A stretch of DNA of 248,000 nucleotides, taken from Hyalangium minutum (lineage in GTDB: Bacteria > Myxococcota > Myxococcia > Myxococcales > Myxococcaceae). Shown piece after piece: positions 37,514 to 48,900 of this stretch. The notes under the pieces were generated by a model that was not told the DNA's origin, did no database searches, and saw nothing but the letters and a program-made list of their open reading frames with translations. Numbering within the stretch: the stretch's first letter is position 1; the number at the start of each line of letters is the position of its first letter. The translations under genes and the position numbers were made by a program. The stretch is from the NCBI RefSeq assembly GCF_000737315.1, contig NZ_JMCB01000013.1:20001-268000 (forward strand). The letters are read 5' to 3'.

Positions 37514-38725
37514 ATGGGCCTCCCCCGACCGTTCGTCCTTCCCCTGCTGACGTTATCGATGCTCCTCCTCGTGGCCTGCCGGGATGAGCAGGCGGGCCCG
37601 CGCCCGCGCACCCAGAAGATGCCCACCGTCGAGCAACTGCAGCCTCGCACCCTGGACACTGTGCCGGGGGACCTCACGTTCCGCAGTGGGGCCACGTTTG
37701 CCGGCGGGGCGATCGTCTACTTGGGCTCTCGGGTAACCCCGGCCCAGGCCACACCCGGCCAGCAGGTGACGCTGTCGCACTACTTCCAGGCGGCGCGCCA
37801 GGTTCCACCCGGATATGGCTTCTTCGTCCACATCATTGATCCGTCCACCGGGCAGATGCTGATCAACGCGGACCACGAGTTCCAGAATGGCCTGGCGCCG
37901 CTCGGCACGTGGCCGGTGGGCAAGATCATCGAGGACACGCATGCCATCCAGCTGCCGCAAGCCGCCGCGCGGGTAGTGCTTGGATTCTGGCGCGACGACC
38001 AGCGCCTGCCGGTGGACGACCCGAGGGCTCAGGATGGGCAGAACCGCATGATCGGGCCGGAGCTGGGCGGCAAGGCGCCAGAGCTCCCCGAGTACAAAGC
38101 CCCTCGAGCCCAGAAGCCGCCGGTCATCGACGGGGTGCTGGACGACGAGGCGTGGAAGTCGGCCCCTGTGGCGGTCTTGCAGGGCAGCTTTGACGGCCGT
38201 CCCGTGGTTCTGCGCACCGAGGCTCGGCTGACCTATGACGATGCGAACCTCTACGTCTCTTTCGACGCGGAGGATCCGGACATCTGGGGCACGCTGCTCA
38301 AGCGGGACGAGCCCATCTACGAGCAGGAGGTGGTGGAGATCTTCCTCGACGCCAACGCGAACGGGAGGACCTACAACGAACTCCAGGTGTCACCGCACAA
38401 CGTCATCTTCGACGCGTACTTCCCGGCCCGGAGGCAGGGAATGGACACGGGCTGGGACTCGGGGATGAAGACGGCGGTGAAGGTGAAGGGGACGATCGAC
38501 GACCCCTCCGATCGGGACGAGCGCTGGACGGTGGAGCTGCAGATCCCCTTCGCGCGGCTGGCGGAGGTGCCGAACGTGCCGCCCAAGAAGGGCGACCGCT
38601 GGCGCTTCAACCTGTACCGGCTGGAGCACCTGGGGCGCACCAACGTCGAGGGCCAATCCTTCTCCCCGGTCTTCGTGGGAGACTTCCACGCGCTGCCGCG
38701 CTTCGGCTGGCTGACCTTCGACTAG
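37514..38725 (+). CDS. Lipoprotein with CBM9-like (DOMON-like) domain
   Basis: Lipobox LVAC; IDGVLDDEAW, WTVELQIPF, WRFNLYR. Confidence 0.8.
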   Translation: MGLPRPFVLPLLTLSMLLLVACRDEQAGPRPRTQKMPTVEQLQPRTLDTVPGDLTFRSGATFAGGAIVYLGSRVTPAQATPGQQVTLSHYFQAARQVPPGYGFFVHIIDPSTGQMLINADHEFQNGLAPLGTWPVGKIIEDTHAIQLPQAAARVVLGFWRDDQRLPVDDPRAQDGQNRMIGPELGGKAPELPEYKAPRAQKPPVIDGVLDDEAWKSAPVAVLQGSFDGRPVVLRTEARLTYDDANLYVSFDAEDPDIWGTLLKRDEPIYEQEVVEIFLDANANGRTYNELQVSPHNVIFDAYFPARRQGMDTGWDSGMKTAVKVKGTIDDPSDRDERWTVELQIPFARLAEVPNVPPKKGDRWRFNLYRLEHLGRTNVEGQSFSPVFVGDFHALPRFGWLTFD

Positions 38726-38976
38726 GCGTGGGGAGTGATCTCCCAGTGCGCGTCCGCGACGGAGCGCTCGGAGGGGTCCCCCAGGAAGCGAAGGAAGCCG
38801 CGGAGCTCGAGGGTGTCGATGAGCTCTTCGGACTCCAGCTCGGAGAAGCCCTTCATGTGCACGAGCATGTCCCGCATCATGGACTTGCCGCGCAAGTAGC
38901 CTACGGGCTCACCAGGTCCCAGTGCGCCCTTCAAGTCCTCAGTCAGCTGCCTCAAATCGAGATCATCCGAGATCAT
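38722..38976 (-). CDS. Small conserved hypothetical protein
   Basis: GC3-biased ORF between two convergent/tandem genes. Confidence 0.6.
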   Translation of the reverse strand: MISDDLDLRQLTEDLKGALGPGEPVGYLRGKSMMRDMLVHMKGFSELESEELIDTLELRGFLRFLGDPSERSVADAHWEITPHA

Positions 38977-38980
38977 CCCT

Positions 38981-41446
38981 TCAAGGCTGGGGATGGTGGG
39001 CGACTGGGGCAACGGGGGAAGTGGAACGCGGCTTCTCGCGTGTCAGGTAGCCATGCAAGCGGACCTGACGGCCGTCGCTCTCCAGGGTAACGGCACCGTC
39101 CAGATCCGTACGAAAGCACTCGCTGCCCAGGGACTGGTAGCGCTCGAAAACCTCCGGGTGAGGGAAGCCGAACCGATTGCGGAGCCCCACGCAGAAGACG
39201 ACGTACTTGGGCTGGGTCCGCGCCAGCATGGGTTCAGTGGATGACGTGCGAGAGCCATGGTGAGGCGCCTTGAGCACCGTCACGGGCCCCAGGCGGTCGA
39301 GCAGCAATTCCTCACCGGCCTCCTCCACATCGCCCGTCAGCAGCACGGTGACGTCGCCATGGCGCACGAGCAGCACCACACTGCGGTCATTCACTCCTTC
39401 GAGCAGCTCGCGATCTTCGGGGAGGGGAGGTGCCAGCACTTCGAGCGTGGCCTCGCCCAGCTGGAACGAGGGCCACTCGGCCTGGACCTCCTCGACCTTG
39501 GCGCCACCGGCCGCGGCGATGAGCTTCCGGGACAGGGCGCCATCCGTGCTGCTCGCGGGTAGCCAGAGGCGGTCCGTGGGCACCTCGGCCAGCGTGGAGA
39601 TCATCCCCAGTGCATGATCCGGATGGGGGTGGGAGAGGACGGCGAGATCCAGCCGATCGATATGCTCGTGCTGGAGAAAGGGGATGACGTAGCGCTGGCC
39701 TGTGTCCGCGCCACCGGGCGCTCCACCGCCATCCACGAGCGCATGGTGTCCCCGTGAGCTGAGGACCATGGAGTCTCCCTGGCCCACGGAGAGGAAGGTG
39801 ATGCGCAGAGGCGGCTGAGGTGTGAACACCGGCAGCAGCACGGCCATCACGAAAGCCGCCGGTGTGAGCAGTCCTCCGAGCCGCCAGCGTCCCCTGCCGA
39901 GCGCCCACATCGCGAGCCCCAGGGCATACATCGCCGTGAGCCACGGCCCGAACGTGGGCAGCTTCACGGTGGCGAGCGGCATCGCCGCGAAGAACCGCGT
40001 GAGGATGATCAGCAGCTGGGACACCCAAGCCCCAGCCCACAGCACCGGAGTGGCCAGCATCGGTGAGACGATGAACAGCGCCACACCGCCTGCGGCGAAT
40101 CCGGTGAGCAGGCCGCACAAGGGCAGGCAGACGATGTTGGAGATCAATCCCGCGAGGCTCGCACGGCCAAAGGCGCTGGCCACCAAAGGCACACTGGCTC
40201 CGGTGACTGCGGCGCTGGCTCCGAACGTCTCCAGGATGGTCTCTCGCGCCTGCCCCCAGAGTCGCATGAGCCTGCGCTCCTCCTTCGGATCCGGAGGCGC
40301 AAGGGGAACAGCCGCACGCAGCGCCGGCGTGAGCAGCAGCAGGCTCAGCACCGCGAGGAAAGACAGCTGCAGCGACAGATCCACCACGCTGGAGGGCGCC
40401 CAGATAACCAGCAGGAGCGCCGCGGCAGACAGGCTGTTGAGCCCATCCGCGCGCCGCCACAGGGCCAGCCCCAGCAGCACCACCGTGGCCATGACCGCCG
40501 AGCGCACTGCCGGAGGCTGGTTGCCCGTAAAGACAACGTAAGCCCAGACAAACGGCACGGAGGCGGGAGCCGCCACCCGCCGTGCCTCGATGCCACGGAA
40601 ACGTATCCCCACGCGCACCAGCAATCGCCGCAGCAGTGCAAGCGTCATCAGCGCCAGCGCCGCCACGTGCAGTCCGCTCACGCTGAGCACGTGCGCGAGG
40701 CCGCTCCGCGAGAACGCATCCTCCAGCGAGTCATCCAGCGCCGCCCGCTGACCCGCGGCGAGCGTGAGGAACAGCGCCGCCGCATCCTCCGAAGGTGCCA
40801 GCCTCCGCACCGCCGCGGACAGCCCCTCCTGCGTCCGCGCAATGGCCTGCCACCCCGTGGAAGGGGGCGACAACACCAACAGCCGTCCCGCCACCACGCT
40901 GCCGGAAAACACAAAGGCCTGACGTCTGCGAGCCGCCGTGAAGTTCTTCTCACCCGGGTTGGCCGGAGGGGCCAGGGGCTGCAACTTGGCCTCCGCCCAG
41001 ATGCGTTGTCCCGGCAGCAGCGTGGGCCCAGCACCGTGCACGTAGAGGCTCGCGCGGAAGCGGACCGGAGCTGTCGCGTCGGCCTTCACACCCGCCCGAG
41101 CCACCGCCAAGTGGATCCGCGTCGAGTCCTCGAACGGATCCACCCGTTCGATCTCTCCCTCCAAAATAACGGATCCACCGCTGATCAGCTCCGGCGGCAC
41201 CTCCACGCGGGCCTCGAGCGCCCCGAGCCCCGCGCCCGCAACTCCCAGTGCCACCAGCAACACCAGGTGAGCACCAGGCAACCGAGCGAGCGATAGCACG
41301 GCCGCACTCATGAGAGCCGCGATGATCAGGAATACCCAGCCTCCGGAGCCCGTTCCCAACGGGCTCAACGCAGCACCGAGCATCACAGCTAATGCAGGAA
41401 AGAAGAGAGGGCGCGCCGAGAGGTCGCCCCATACATAACGATCCAC
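38981..41446 (-). CDS. comEC: ComEC/Rec2 competence protein
   Basis: HVLSVSGLHV, VGQGD, SHPHPDH MBL domain, KAPHHGS. Confidence 0.93.
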   Translation of the reverse strand: MDRYVWGDLSARPLFFPALAVMLGAALSPLGTGSGGWVFLIIAALMSAAVLSLARLPGAHLVLLVALGVAGAGLGALEARVEVPPELISGGSVILEGEIERVDPFEDSTRIHLAVARAGVKADATAPVRFRASLYVHGAGPTLLPGQRIWAEAKLQPLAPPANPGEKNFTAARRRQAFVFSGSVVAGRLLVLSPPSTGWQAIARTQEGLSAAVRRLAPSEDAAALFLTLAAGQRAALDDSLEDAFSRSGLAHVLSVSGLHVAALALMTLALLRRLLVRVGIRFRGIEARRVAAPASVPFVWAYVVFTGNQPPAVRSAVMATVVLLGLALWRRADGLNSLSAAALLLVIWAPSSVVDLSLQLSFLAVLSLLLLTPALRAAVPLAPPDPKEERRLMRLWGQARETILETFGASAAVTGASVPLVASAFGRASLAGLISNIVCLPLCGLLTGFAAGGVALFIVSPMLATPVLWAGAWVSQLLIILTRFFAAMPLATVKLPTFGPWLTAMYALGLAMWALGRGRWRLGGLLTPAAFVMAVLLPVFTPQPPLRITFLSVGQGDSMVLSSRGHHALVDGGGAPGGADTGQRYVIPFLQHEHIDRLDLAVLSHPHPDHALGMISTLAEVPTDRLWLPASSTDGALSRKLIAAAGGAKVEEVQAEWPSFQLGEATLEVLAPPLPEDRELLEGVNDRSVVLLVRHGDVTVLLTGDVEEAGEELLLDRLGPVTVLKAPHHGSRTSSTEPMLARTQPKYVVFCVGLRNRFGFPHPEVFERYQSLGSECFRTDLDGAVTLESDGRQVRLHGYLTREKPRSTSPVAPVAHHPQP

Positions 41447-41642
41447 AACCTACCCCGCCCGTCCTATCCCCGGCGCGGTACCCACAGCAGTGGGCGGCGC
41501 GCATGAAATCCGACACGGTAGTAGGGCAGTTCTGAGATGGTCAAGAGTTCATCGGCGGAAACGTTGCTGGAACGTGTGGTTTGTGGTAGTAGTGCCGTGC
41601 GTCCGTAGGCCGGAGCCGGAATTTTCAAGGAGGCGGTAACGA

Positions 41643-42140
41643 GTGCAGACCAGCTTCAAGACTGGTGACAAGGCGGTTTATCCGGGCCAAGGGGTCGGCG
41701 AGGTGATGGGCATCGAGCACACCGAGGTGGCCGGGCAGCGCCAGTCGTTCTACGTGCTGCGCATCCTGGAGAACGGGATGCGGATCATGATCCCCATCAA
41801 CAAGGTCGGCTCGGTGGGCCTTCGCGAGATCATCAGCGAGGAGGACGTCAAGCAGGTCTATTCCATCCTCAAGGAGAAGGACATCTCCGTCGACTCCACC
41901 ACCTGGAACCGCCGGTACCGGGAGTACATGGAGAAGATCAAGACGGGCTCCGTCTTCGAGATCGCCGAGGTGCTTCGCGATCTGTACCTCCTGAAGGGTG
42001 ACAAGGATCTCTCCTTCGGTGAGCGCAAGATGCTGGATACGGCGCGTTCGCTGCTGATCAAGGAGCTGTCGCTGGCCAAGGACTGCTCCGAGGAAGAGAT
42101 CGAGTCGGACCTGAAGAAGATCTTCAACATCACCGCCTAG
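41643..42140 (+). CDS. cdnL: CarD-family RNAP-binding factor CdnL
   Basis: AVYPGQGVG, WNRRYRE; no HMGA tail. Confidence 0.9.
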   Translation: MQTSFKTGDKAVYPGQGVGEVMGIEHTEVAGQRQSFYVLRILENGMRIMIPINKVGSVGLREIISEEDVKQVYSILKEKDISVDSTTWNRRYREYMEKIKTGSVFEIAEVLRDLYLLKGDKDLSFGERKMLDTARSLLIKELSLAKDCSEEEIESDLKKIFNITA

Positions 42141-42168
42141 CAGAAGCAGCGCCGCTGGCGCATGCTCG

Positions 42169-42202
42169 GCCCCGGGCTCCTCAGAGGAACCCGGGGCTTT
42201 TT
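42169..42202 (+). terminator. Intrinsic terminator after cdnL
   Basis: GCCCCGGG...CCCGGGGC hairpin followed by T run. Confidence 0.7.
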
Positions 42203-42203
42203 C

Positions 42204-42887
42204 ATGTCCGAAGAGCAGCTCATCCGAGAGGAGCGCGAGCGGCGCATCGCCGAGCTGGAGGCCCGCCAAGCGCGGAGGCCTCGCAGCCCGCTGAGGGTAC
42301 CGGTGGCCTTGGTGGGGATCGGCGTGGCCACTGCGCTGCTGGTGATGCAGTGGCGCGAGGTGAGCTATTTCTTCTCGCCGCGCACGCCGCTGTCCCTGGG
42401 CGCCGAGGGCGAGTACCGCTATCCAGAGCGGGTCTCCAACCGCTACGCGCAGCTTCACGGTGTGCCCACCACTCAGGGCGCCTATGAGCGGGAGGGGGAC
42501 GCGGTGTTCGTCCTGGTGGGGCTCCGGGACTCACCGTTCCTGGTGCGCAGGCCCGCCTTGCCGGGAGAAGAGTGGTCCCAAGGGAGGAAGCCGCCTCAGC
42601 CGGATCAGCGGCCCTTCGCGGTGCGAGGACGGCTGCTCGCGGAGGAGGACGCCTCTCGGTACAGCGAGGCATTCAAGCTGATGCGCGAGAAGGGCGAGGT
42701 GCAGCCGCTGCAGGGGCGCCTGTGGATCATCATCGAGGGACAGCGGCCCGGAGAGGACTTGGGGCGCTTGGTGGTGACGCTGCTGCTGGTGCTCGTCATC
42801 GCCGCGAACGGGCTGTTCCTGGTGCAGAACCTGCGCCGGCCCACGGCCTCGAAGAACGGGGACGAAGGCGGGGCTACTTCCCGTTGA
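42204..42887 (+). CDS. Hypothetical membrane protein
   Basis: Two TM segments. Confidence 0.65.
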   Translation: MSEEQLIREERERRIAELEARQARRPRSPLRVPVALVGIGVATALLVMQWREVSYFFSPRTPLSLGAEGEYRYPERVSNRYAQLHGVPTTQGAYEREGDAVFVLVGLRDSPFLVRRPALPGEEWSQGRKPPQPDQRPFAVRGRLLAEEDASRYSEAFKLMREKGEVQPLQGRLWIIIEGQRPGEDLGRLVVTLLLVLVIAANGLFLVQNLRRPTASKNGDEGGATSR

Positions 42888-44343
42888 GCTGCTGCAGCTC
42901 TGTCTTGGCCCACGTGTTCGAGGGATCGTACTTGAGGGCCATCTCGAAGGACTCGCGCGCGGCGGCCTTGTCCTTGGCCTTCAGCTGATCCTGGCCCAGC
43001 TGGGTGTAGAGCTTGCCCACCTGCCTGCGGATCGCTTGCACATGCTTCGCCCAGCCCTGGGACAGCTCTTGATCCACGGCCAGCGCGGTGGCGAGGTTCT
43101 GAATGGCCCGGGCCGAGTCCTTCGCATCCAGGGCCTTCTGGGCGGCGTCACGGGCGTTCTGGAACTCAGAGAGCTTCTTGGTCAGCGGCTCGAGCTGTCC
43201 GCTGCGGGCCAGATTCAGCGCGCCGGCCACATCTCCGGACTCGTACAGCGAGAGGACCGCGTCACGGCTCACAGGAGCCGCAGCAGGGGCGGGGGCCTTC
43301 TCAGCGGCGCTCGAGGGCGCCGAGTCCTCCGAGCGAGCGGTGGCGGCCTTGGTGCTCGCCTTGGTGCCCTTCCGGGACGCCAGGGGCTTCGCGCTCACGG
43401 ACGAGGCTCGGGGTCCCTGGGAAGGCTTGAGGGGCTTGAGCGCTCGAGGAGATTCCTCGGCCACCACCTCCTCCTGGGGCGCAGCGGTCTGCTCCTCCTC
43501 GTTGGCGGAAGGCGGAGGGACGTACTCCGTGGCCTGCGGCGCTGGAGCGGTGGCCTCGGGAGGCGTAGCGCTCTCGGTGGACGGGGCTGGCGCGGGCGAG
43601 GGGCTGCGCTGAGCCGGGCCCGAGAACTTCAGGAATGCGAGAGTGAGCAGCGCCGCCACCCCCGAGCCCACGGCCGCCGCTATGAGCGCGACGCGCGAGA
43701 GGCTCATGCGGCGGCGGGTGTGTGACGCCGGTGCCGTGCGGGTCTCGGTGACCACCGAGGGCGCCGCTTCCTTCTCCGCAGGCGCGCCCGGGCCCCGCAG
43801 CTTCAGCACCGCGTTGCCCAGGGAGATCTCGTCCCCGACGACAATCTCCTGGTCCGCGGAGAGCTTGATGCGGTTGACGAAGGTGCCGTTCTGGCTGCCC
43901 AGGTCTCTCAGCGTGAAGCGCTCGCCCTGGCGCATGAGCTGGGCGTGGCGGCGGCTGATGGACGGATGCTGCAGCCGCAAGTCACACGCGGAGGCCCGGC
44001 CGATGATGAGTGGGCCCTGCTTCACGGGCATCAGCTGCCCGGCGCCCGGGCCCTTCTCCACGTACAGGAACGCCAGCACGTAGCCGGGATCCGAGTACTC
44101 CTGGGTATCGAACCGCGTGGCCAGCTCGCGGTCCTTGGTGCCCTCGCGAACGCCCGTGCGCCGGGCCCCCGTGCGGCGGCTGCCCGCGGGGAACTGAGGC
44201 ACGCGCTGCGGACGCGGATCGTCCTCCTGCAGCGGAGCGACCTCGTCGTCATCGAAGGGCAGCTCCACGTCCTCCTTCTTGGACGCCGCCGCGCCCGGCG
44301 GTCGGGGAGGGCGCGGAGGACGTTTAGGATTGGAGGGAGCCAT
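42874..44343 (-). CDS. FHA domain + TM + TPR-like protein
   Basis: IIGRA, ISRRHA, GSQNGTFVN. Confidence 0.85.
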   Translation of the reverse strand: MAPSNPKRPPRPPRPPGAAASKKEDVELPFDDDEVAPLQEDDPRPQRVPQFPAGSRRTGARRTGVREGTKDRELATRFDTQEYSDPGYVLAFLYVEKGPGAGQLMPVKQGPLIIGRASACDLRLQHPSISRRHAQLMRQGERFTLRDLGSQNGTFVNRIKLSADQEIVVGDEISLGNAVLKLRGPGAPAEKEAAPSVVTETRTAPASHTRRRMSLSRVALIAAAVGSGVAALLTLAFLKFSGPAQRSPSPAPAPSTESATPPEATAPAPQATEYVPPPSANEEEQTAAPQEEVVAEESPRALKPLKPSQGPRASSVSAKPLASRKGTKASTKAATARSEDSAPSSAAEKAPAPAAAPVSRDAVLSLYESGDVAGALNLARSGQLEPLTKKLSEFQNARDAAQKALDAKDSARAIQNLATALAVDQELSQGWAKHVQAIRRQVGKLYTQLGQDQLKAKDKAAARESFEMALKYDPSNTWAKTELQQLNGK

Positions 44344-44441
44344 ACCTGTCCCCATTCTCCCAGAAAGGTGGCTGACTGTGCCACATTCAGGAGCCTAGAG
44401 TGCGGCCGTCCGTTCACTGTTCGCCTGGAGGAACCCAGCCC

Positions 44442-45926
44442 GTGGCCCAGCCGTCGATCACGCTCTTCAACACGCTGACGATGCAGAAGGAACCCCTCGT
44501 TCCGCTCGAGCCGGGCGCTGTCCGGGTGTACGTGTGCGGTCCCACTGTATATAGCTACATTCATGTGGGGAACGCGCGTACCTTTACCTCCTTTGACGTG
44601 ATCGTCCGCTACCTGAGGTACCGGGGGTACCGGGTGACGTACGTGCGCAACTACACGGACGTGGACGACAAGATCATCAAGGCAGCGAAGGAGACGGGCG
44701 AGGAGCCGGTGGCCCTGGCGGCGCGCTTCGTGGAGATCTTCCGAGAGGACGCGAAGGCGCTGCACATGAAGGAGCCGGACGTCTCGCCGAAGGTGAGCGA
44801 GCACTTGCCGGAGATCCTCCGCATCATCCAGACGCTGGTGGACAAGGGCGTGGCGTACGAGTCCCAGGGGGACGTCTACTTCGCGGTGAGCCGCTACCCA
44901 GAGTACGCGAAGCTGTCCAAGCGCAACCTGGACGATCTTCGCGCGGGCGAGCGCGTGCAGCCGGGCGAGCAGAAGCGCGAGCCCTTGGACTTCGCGCTGT
45001 GGAAGGCGGCCAAGCCGGGCGAGCCGGCGTGGGACAGCCCATGGGGCAAGGGGCGGCCGGGCTGGCACATCGAGTGCTCGGCGATGAGCGCGCGCTACCT
45101 GGGCGAGTCGTTCGACATCCACGGCGGCGCGCTGGATCTGATCTTCCCGCACCACGAGAACGAGCTCGCCCAGAGCGAGGCGGCCAACAGCAAGCCATTC
45201 GCGAAGTACTGGATGCACTGCGGCTTCCTGGACATGGAAGGCGCGAAGATGTCCAAGTCGCTGGGCAACGTGGTGCGGCTGCGCGACGCGCTGGTGAAGG
45301 TGGACGCGGAGGCGCTGCGGTTCTTCTTCCTGTCCACGCACTACCGGCACCCGCTGAACTTCGCGGAGAAGGCGATCGCCGACGCCGAGCAGCGCATGGA
45401 GTACTTCTACGAGACGCTGCGCAAGGTGGACGAGCGCGTCGCGGGCAAGGACTTCGGGAAGGGCCCGCTGCACGGCGAGCCGGAGAAGTTCCTGCGCGAC
45501 TTCGAGACGGTGATGGATGACGACTTCAACTTCGCCGGAGCGCTGGGAGGGCTGTCGGGCCTCTTCACGCTGATGAACGAACTGGTGGATAAGCCGCCGG
45601 TGAAGGACAAGGCGCTGGTGGGGCGGACGCTCCAGGCGCTGCGGGAGATCGTCGGCAAGGTGTCGGGCGTGCTCGGGCTGTTCGAGGACGATCCGGCCCA
45701 GTGGCTGCTGCGCCACCGGGATCGGGCCGTGAAGGAGCGCGGCATCGACGTGGCCGAGGTGGAGCGGCTGATCGCGCAGCGCAACGATGCGCGCAAGGCG
45801 AAGAACTTCGCCGAGGCGGATCGGGTGCGCACCGAGCTGAAGTCGAAGGGCGTGGAGATCATGGACACGCCCACGGGCACCACGTGGAAGGTGGCGCCCC
45901 CAGCCACCGAGGCTGCCCCCGTCTGA
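44442..45926 (+). CDS. cysS: Cysteine--tRNA ligase
   Basis: CGPTVY, HVGNAR, PGWHIECSAM, KMSKS. Confidence 0.98.
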   Translation: MAQPSITLFNTLTMQKEPLVPLEPGAVRVYVCGPTVYSYIHVGNARTFTSFDVIVRYLRYRGYRVTYVRNYTDVDDKIIKAAKETGEEPVALAARFVEIFREDAKALHMKEPDVSPKVSEHLPEILRIIQTLVDKGVAYESQGDVYFAVSRYPEYAKLSKRNLDDLRAGERVQPGEQKREPLDFALWKAAKPGEPAWDSPWGKGRPGWHIECSAMSARYLGESFDIHGGALDLIFPHHENELAQSEAANSKPFAKYWMHCGFLDMEGAKMSKSLGNVVRLRDALVKVDAEALRFFFLSTHYRHPLNFAEKAIADAEQRMEYFYETLRKVDERVAGKDFGKGPLHGEPEKFLRDFETVMDDDFNFAGALGGLSGLFTLMNELVDKPPVKDKALVGRTLQALREIVGKVSGVLGLFEDDPAQWLLRHRDRAVKERGIDVAEVERLIAQRNDARKAKNFAEADRVRTELKSKGVEIMDTPTGTTWKVAPPATEAAPV

Positions 45927-45930
45927 TCTC

Positions 45931-48900
45931 TCAGGCGGCGGTAGCCTCGCCGAAGCGCTCGCGCGCCAGCTCGAGCGTCCGGGCGTTGTCGGGCACCTTG
46001 CGCAGGAATCGCTCTCGCGCGGCGGCGTCCGGGAAGCCCTCGGCGCAAGCACGGAGGTGCTCCAGGGCCTTGCGCAGGGCTGCGTCTCCGGCCGTGCTGT
46101 CTCCCTGCGCGAAGCAGGCCTCGGCCAGCGCCAGGTGCACGCCGATGAAGTCCACGCCCCGGGCTCCAGCGCGCTCCAGGTGCCGCACGGCGCGCTCGGC
46201 CTCCTGGCGGGCCTCGGCTGCGCGTCCCTGGAGCCGCAGGGCCTCGCTCAACACCGGCCGTACAAGGCTGGGCAGGGGCGGCAGCAGCTCACATGCCTGG
46301 CGCGCATGCTGCTCGGCCTCGGCGGGCTTGCCCTCGGCCAGGGCGATCCTCGCCAGGGCGACGTGCGCCATGCCGGGGTAGAGCGGGCTGTAGCTGGTGA
46401 CGGTGAGCGCGGCCTCGGCCATGGTCCGGGCCTGGGCACGGGCCTCCGGCTCGGGGAGCGCGGACATGACCACGGAGAAGTAGCCCTGGCTGTAGAGCAA
46501 CGTGAGGGGCTGCTCGAAGCGCTGCAAGCGGGCCACGGACTCCTGCACGCGGGTCCTTGCGCTGGCCGAGTCCCCCATCATGGCCGCGACGAGCCCGCTC
46601 ACGGTCTTCACCTTGGCGAGGCTGTGGACCCGGCCTTCCTGCTGCAGCGTCTTCTCCGCGCGCAGGAGCCCCTCCCAGGCCTGCCACGGCTTGGGCTCCA
46701 GGTGGAACGAGAAGAAGGCCTGGGTGTAGTCGCGGTAGGACTCCAGCAGCGCGTCGGAGCCCTCCAGGCCGAGGATGCGCTGGAGGTGGACCTCCGCCTC
46801 CTGGCGCATGCCGAGCCGGACGAAGGCCGTGGAGATGAAGCAGAGCGCCTGGGCATAGGCGTACACACCATCGGCCTCGGGTGAGGTGCGCAGCAGCAGC
46901 TCCACGAGCGGCATCACCTCGGCCGGCTGGCCCCGGTTGACGCTGTTGAGGATGAGGCTGCTGATCAGATCGCACCAGGGCCGGCTGCCCGCCTTCAGCT
47001 CGGGGAGGATCTCCCGGCCCGTTCCCGTCAGCAGCGAGGGATCGTTCAGCCAGAAGGTCGCGGTGGCCTGCAGGGCGCGCAGGCGCGAGCGCGTCTCGCT
47101 CGGCATCTCCAGCTTCAGCGCAGCCTCCACGCACTGCAGCGCGCTCCGGGCGTCTCCGCGCTCCAGGCGCTGATCGGCGGCCTGGATGTAGAAGCGGACG
47201 GCCCGCTCGGGCTGCTGGCCGAGGTAGGCGTGATCCGCGAGCACGCGCGGATCCGTCTCTCCGCCTTGCTCCAGCCACTCGCCCGCGAGCCGGTGGCCGG
47301 TGGCCTTGTGGGCCTCGGGGACCAGGGCATAGGCGGCGTCCCGCATCAGCGCGTGCCGGAAGCGGTAGGCCTTCTCTCCCGCGAACGTCCGATCCGGCTG
47401 GGACTCGATGATCTCCATCGCCACGAGGCGCTCCAGCCAGTGCTCCAGCGTGCCCGGTGTCTCCTGGGCGTTGCGGAGTGCCCGGACGGCCCCGGTCCAG
47501 AAGGTGCGGCCCAGGAAGCTGGCGGCCAGGAGCGCCTGCCGGGCCTCGGGCTCCAGCCGCAGGATGCGCGACTGGAGCATGGCCAGCACTGTGCCGGGAG
47601 GCGTGTCTCCGCGGCCCTCGGCGACCATGCGGATGAGCTCCTCCAGGAACAAGGCGTTGCCCGCCGACTGCTCCAGGAGCCGGTCCACCACGGCCTCCTC
47701 CACGCCGGACCCGAGCACGTCGCGGATCAACTGAGCGCCGGCCTTGCGGCTCAGGCTCCGCAGGGCGACCTCCTGCAGGCGCTGCGACCAGAGGCCGGGG
47801 AACAGCTCCTTGATCTCGGGACGGGCCAGCGCCAGCACCAGGAGGGGGCAGTCGGCCAGCTCGCGAAGCAACCGATCCACCCACTGCACGGTCAGGGCGT
47901 CACCCCAGTGCAGATCCTCGAGCACGAGGAGCACGGGGGAATGCTGACTCTCCGCGCGCAGCCAGGTGATGATCGCCCCGCCCACTGCGGCGTTCATCTG
48001 GGCCGGATCGCGGCGGAGTTCCCTCAGCTGCGAATAGGTCTCCTCCGGGAAGGGCGCGCTGCAGATCTCTCCCAGCAGGGCCGCCACTTCGGGCACCTCG
48101 CGCTCGGGCAGGTACTTCGCCACGCGCTCACGCAGCTTCTGGCGGCGGGTCTCGGCGGGCTCGCCCGGCTCCATGCCGCACAGCTGCTGCAGCAACTGCC
48201 CCACCATGCACATGCAGCCGCTGACGTTCATCGGATCGCCGCGGCCTTGGAGCAGCAGCACCGGCTGCTCGCGCCGGGAGACGCGGCGGAGGAACTCGTG
48301 GCGCAGCCGGGACTTGCCCGTGCCGGGAGGCGCCACCACCAGCAGGGCCTGCGCCGTGGAGTCCTCGATGCAGGTGGAGAGGGCCAGCTCCAGCAGGGCG
48401 AGCTCCTGCTCGCGGCCCACACACGGGGTGGGTTTGCCGAGCAGCGGGCGGGAGGCGTCCGCCGTCAGATGCTCGCTTTGCAGCAGGAAGGTGTCCGTGG
48501 AGGCCCGCTCCAACTGGAAGCCCGGGCCCAGAAGCCCGGCTGTTACCTCGTCCAGCACCACATGGGGCGACGCGGTGGGGTGACCGAACCGGTGCAGAAG
48601 CTGCCCCGCGCGGTCCATGGCCTCGCCCACGGGGAGGTGGGCACTGATGACACCCCGCCCCGTAACGAGCACGGCCGTCACCTCGGGCCAGCGCTCCTTG
48701 AGGGAGAGGGCGCACCGGGCGGCCAGCGAGGCCTGATCCGTCGCGCCGTGACGGCCTGCCAGCAGCGTCAGCACCAGAGAGCCATCCGCCATCAGCTCCA
48801 CCTGAGCCCGGTGCGGCGTGAGCACGGCACGCAGCGAGTCCCGCAGCGAGCGCCGCTGGACCATCGCCTCCGGCCCTGGCTCCGCCACCACTGGAGGAGC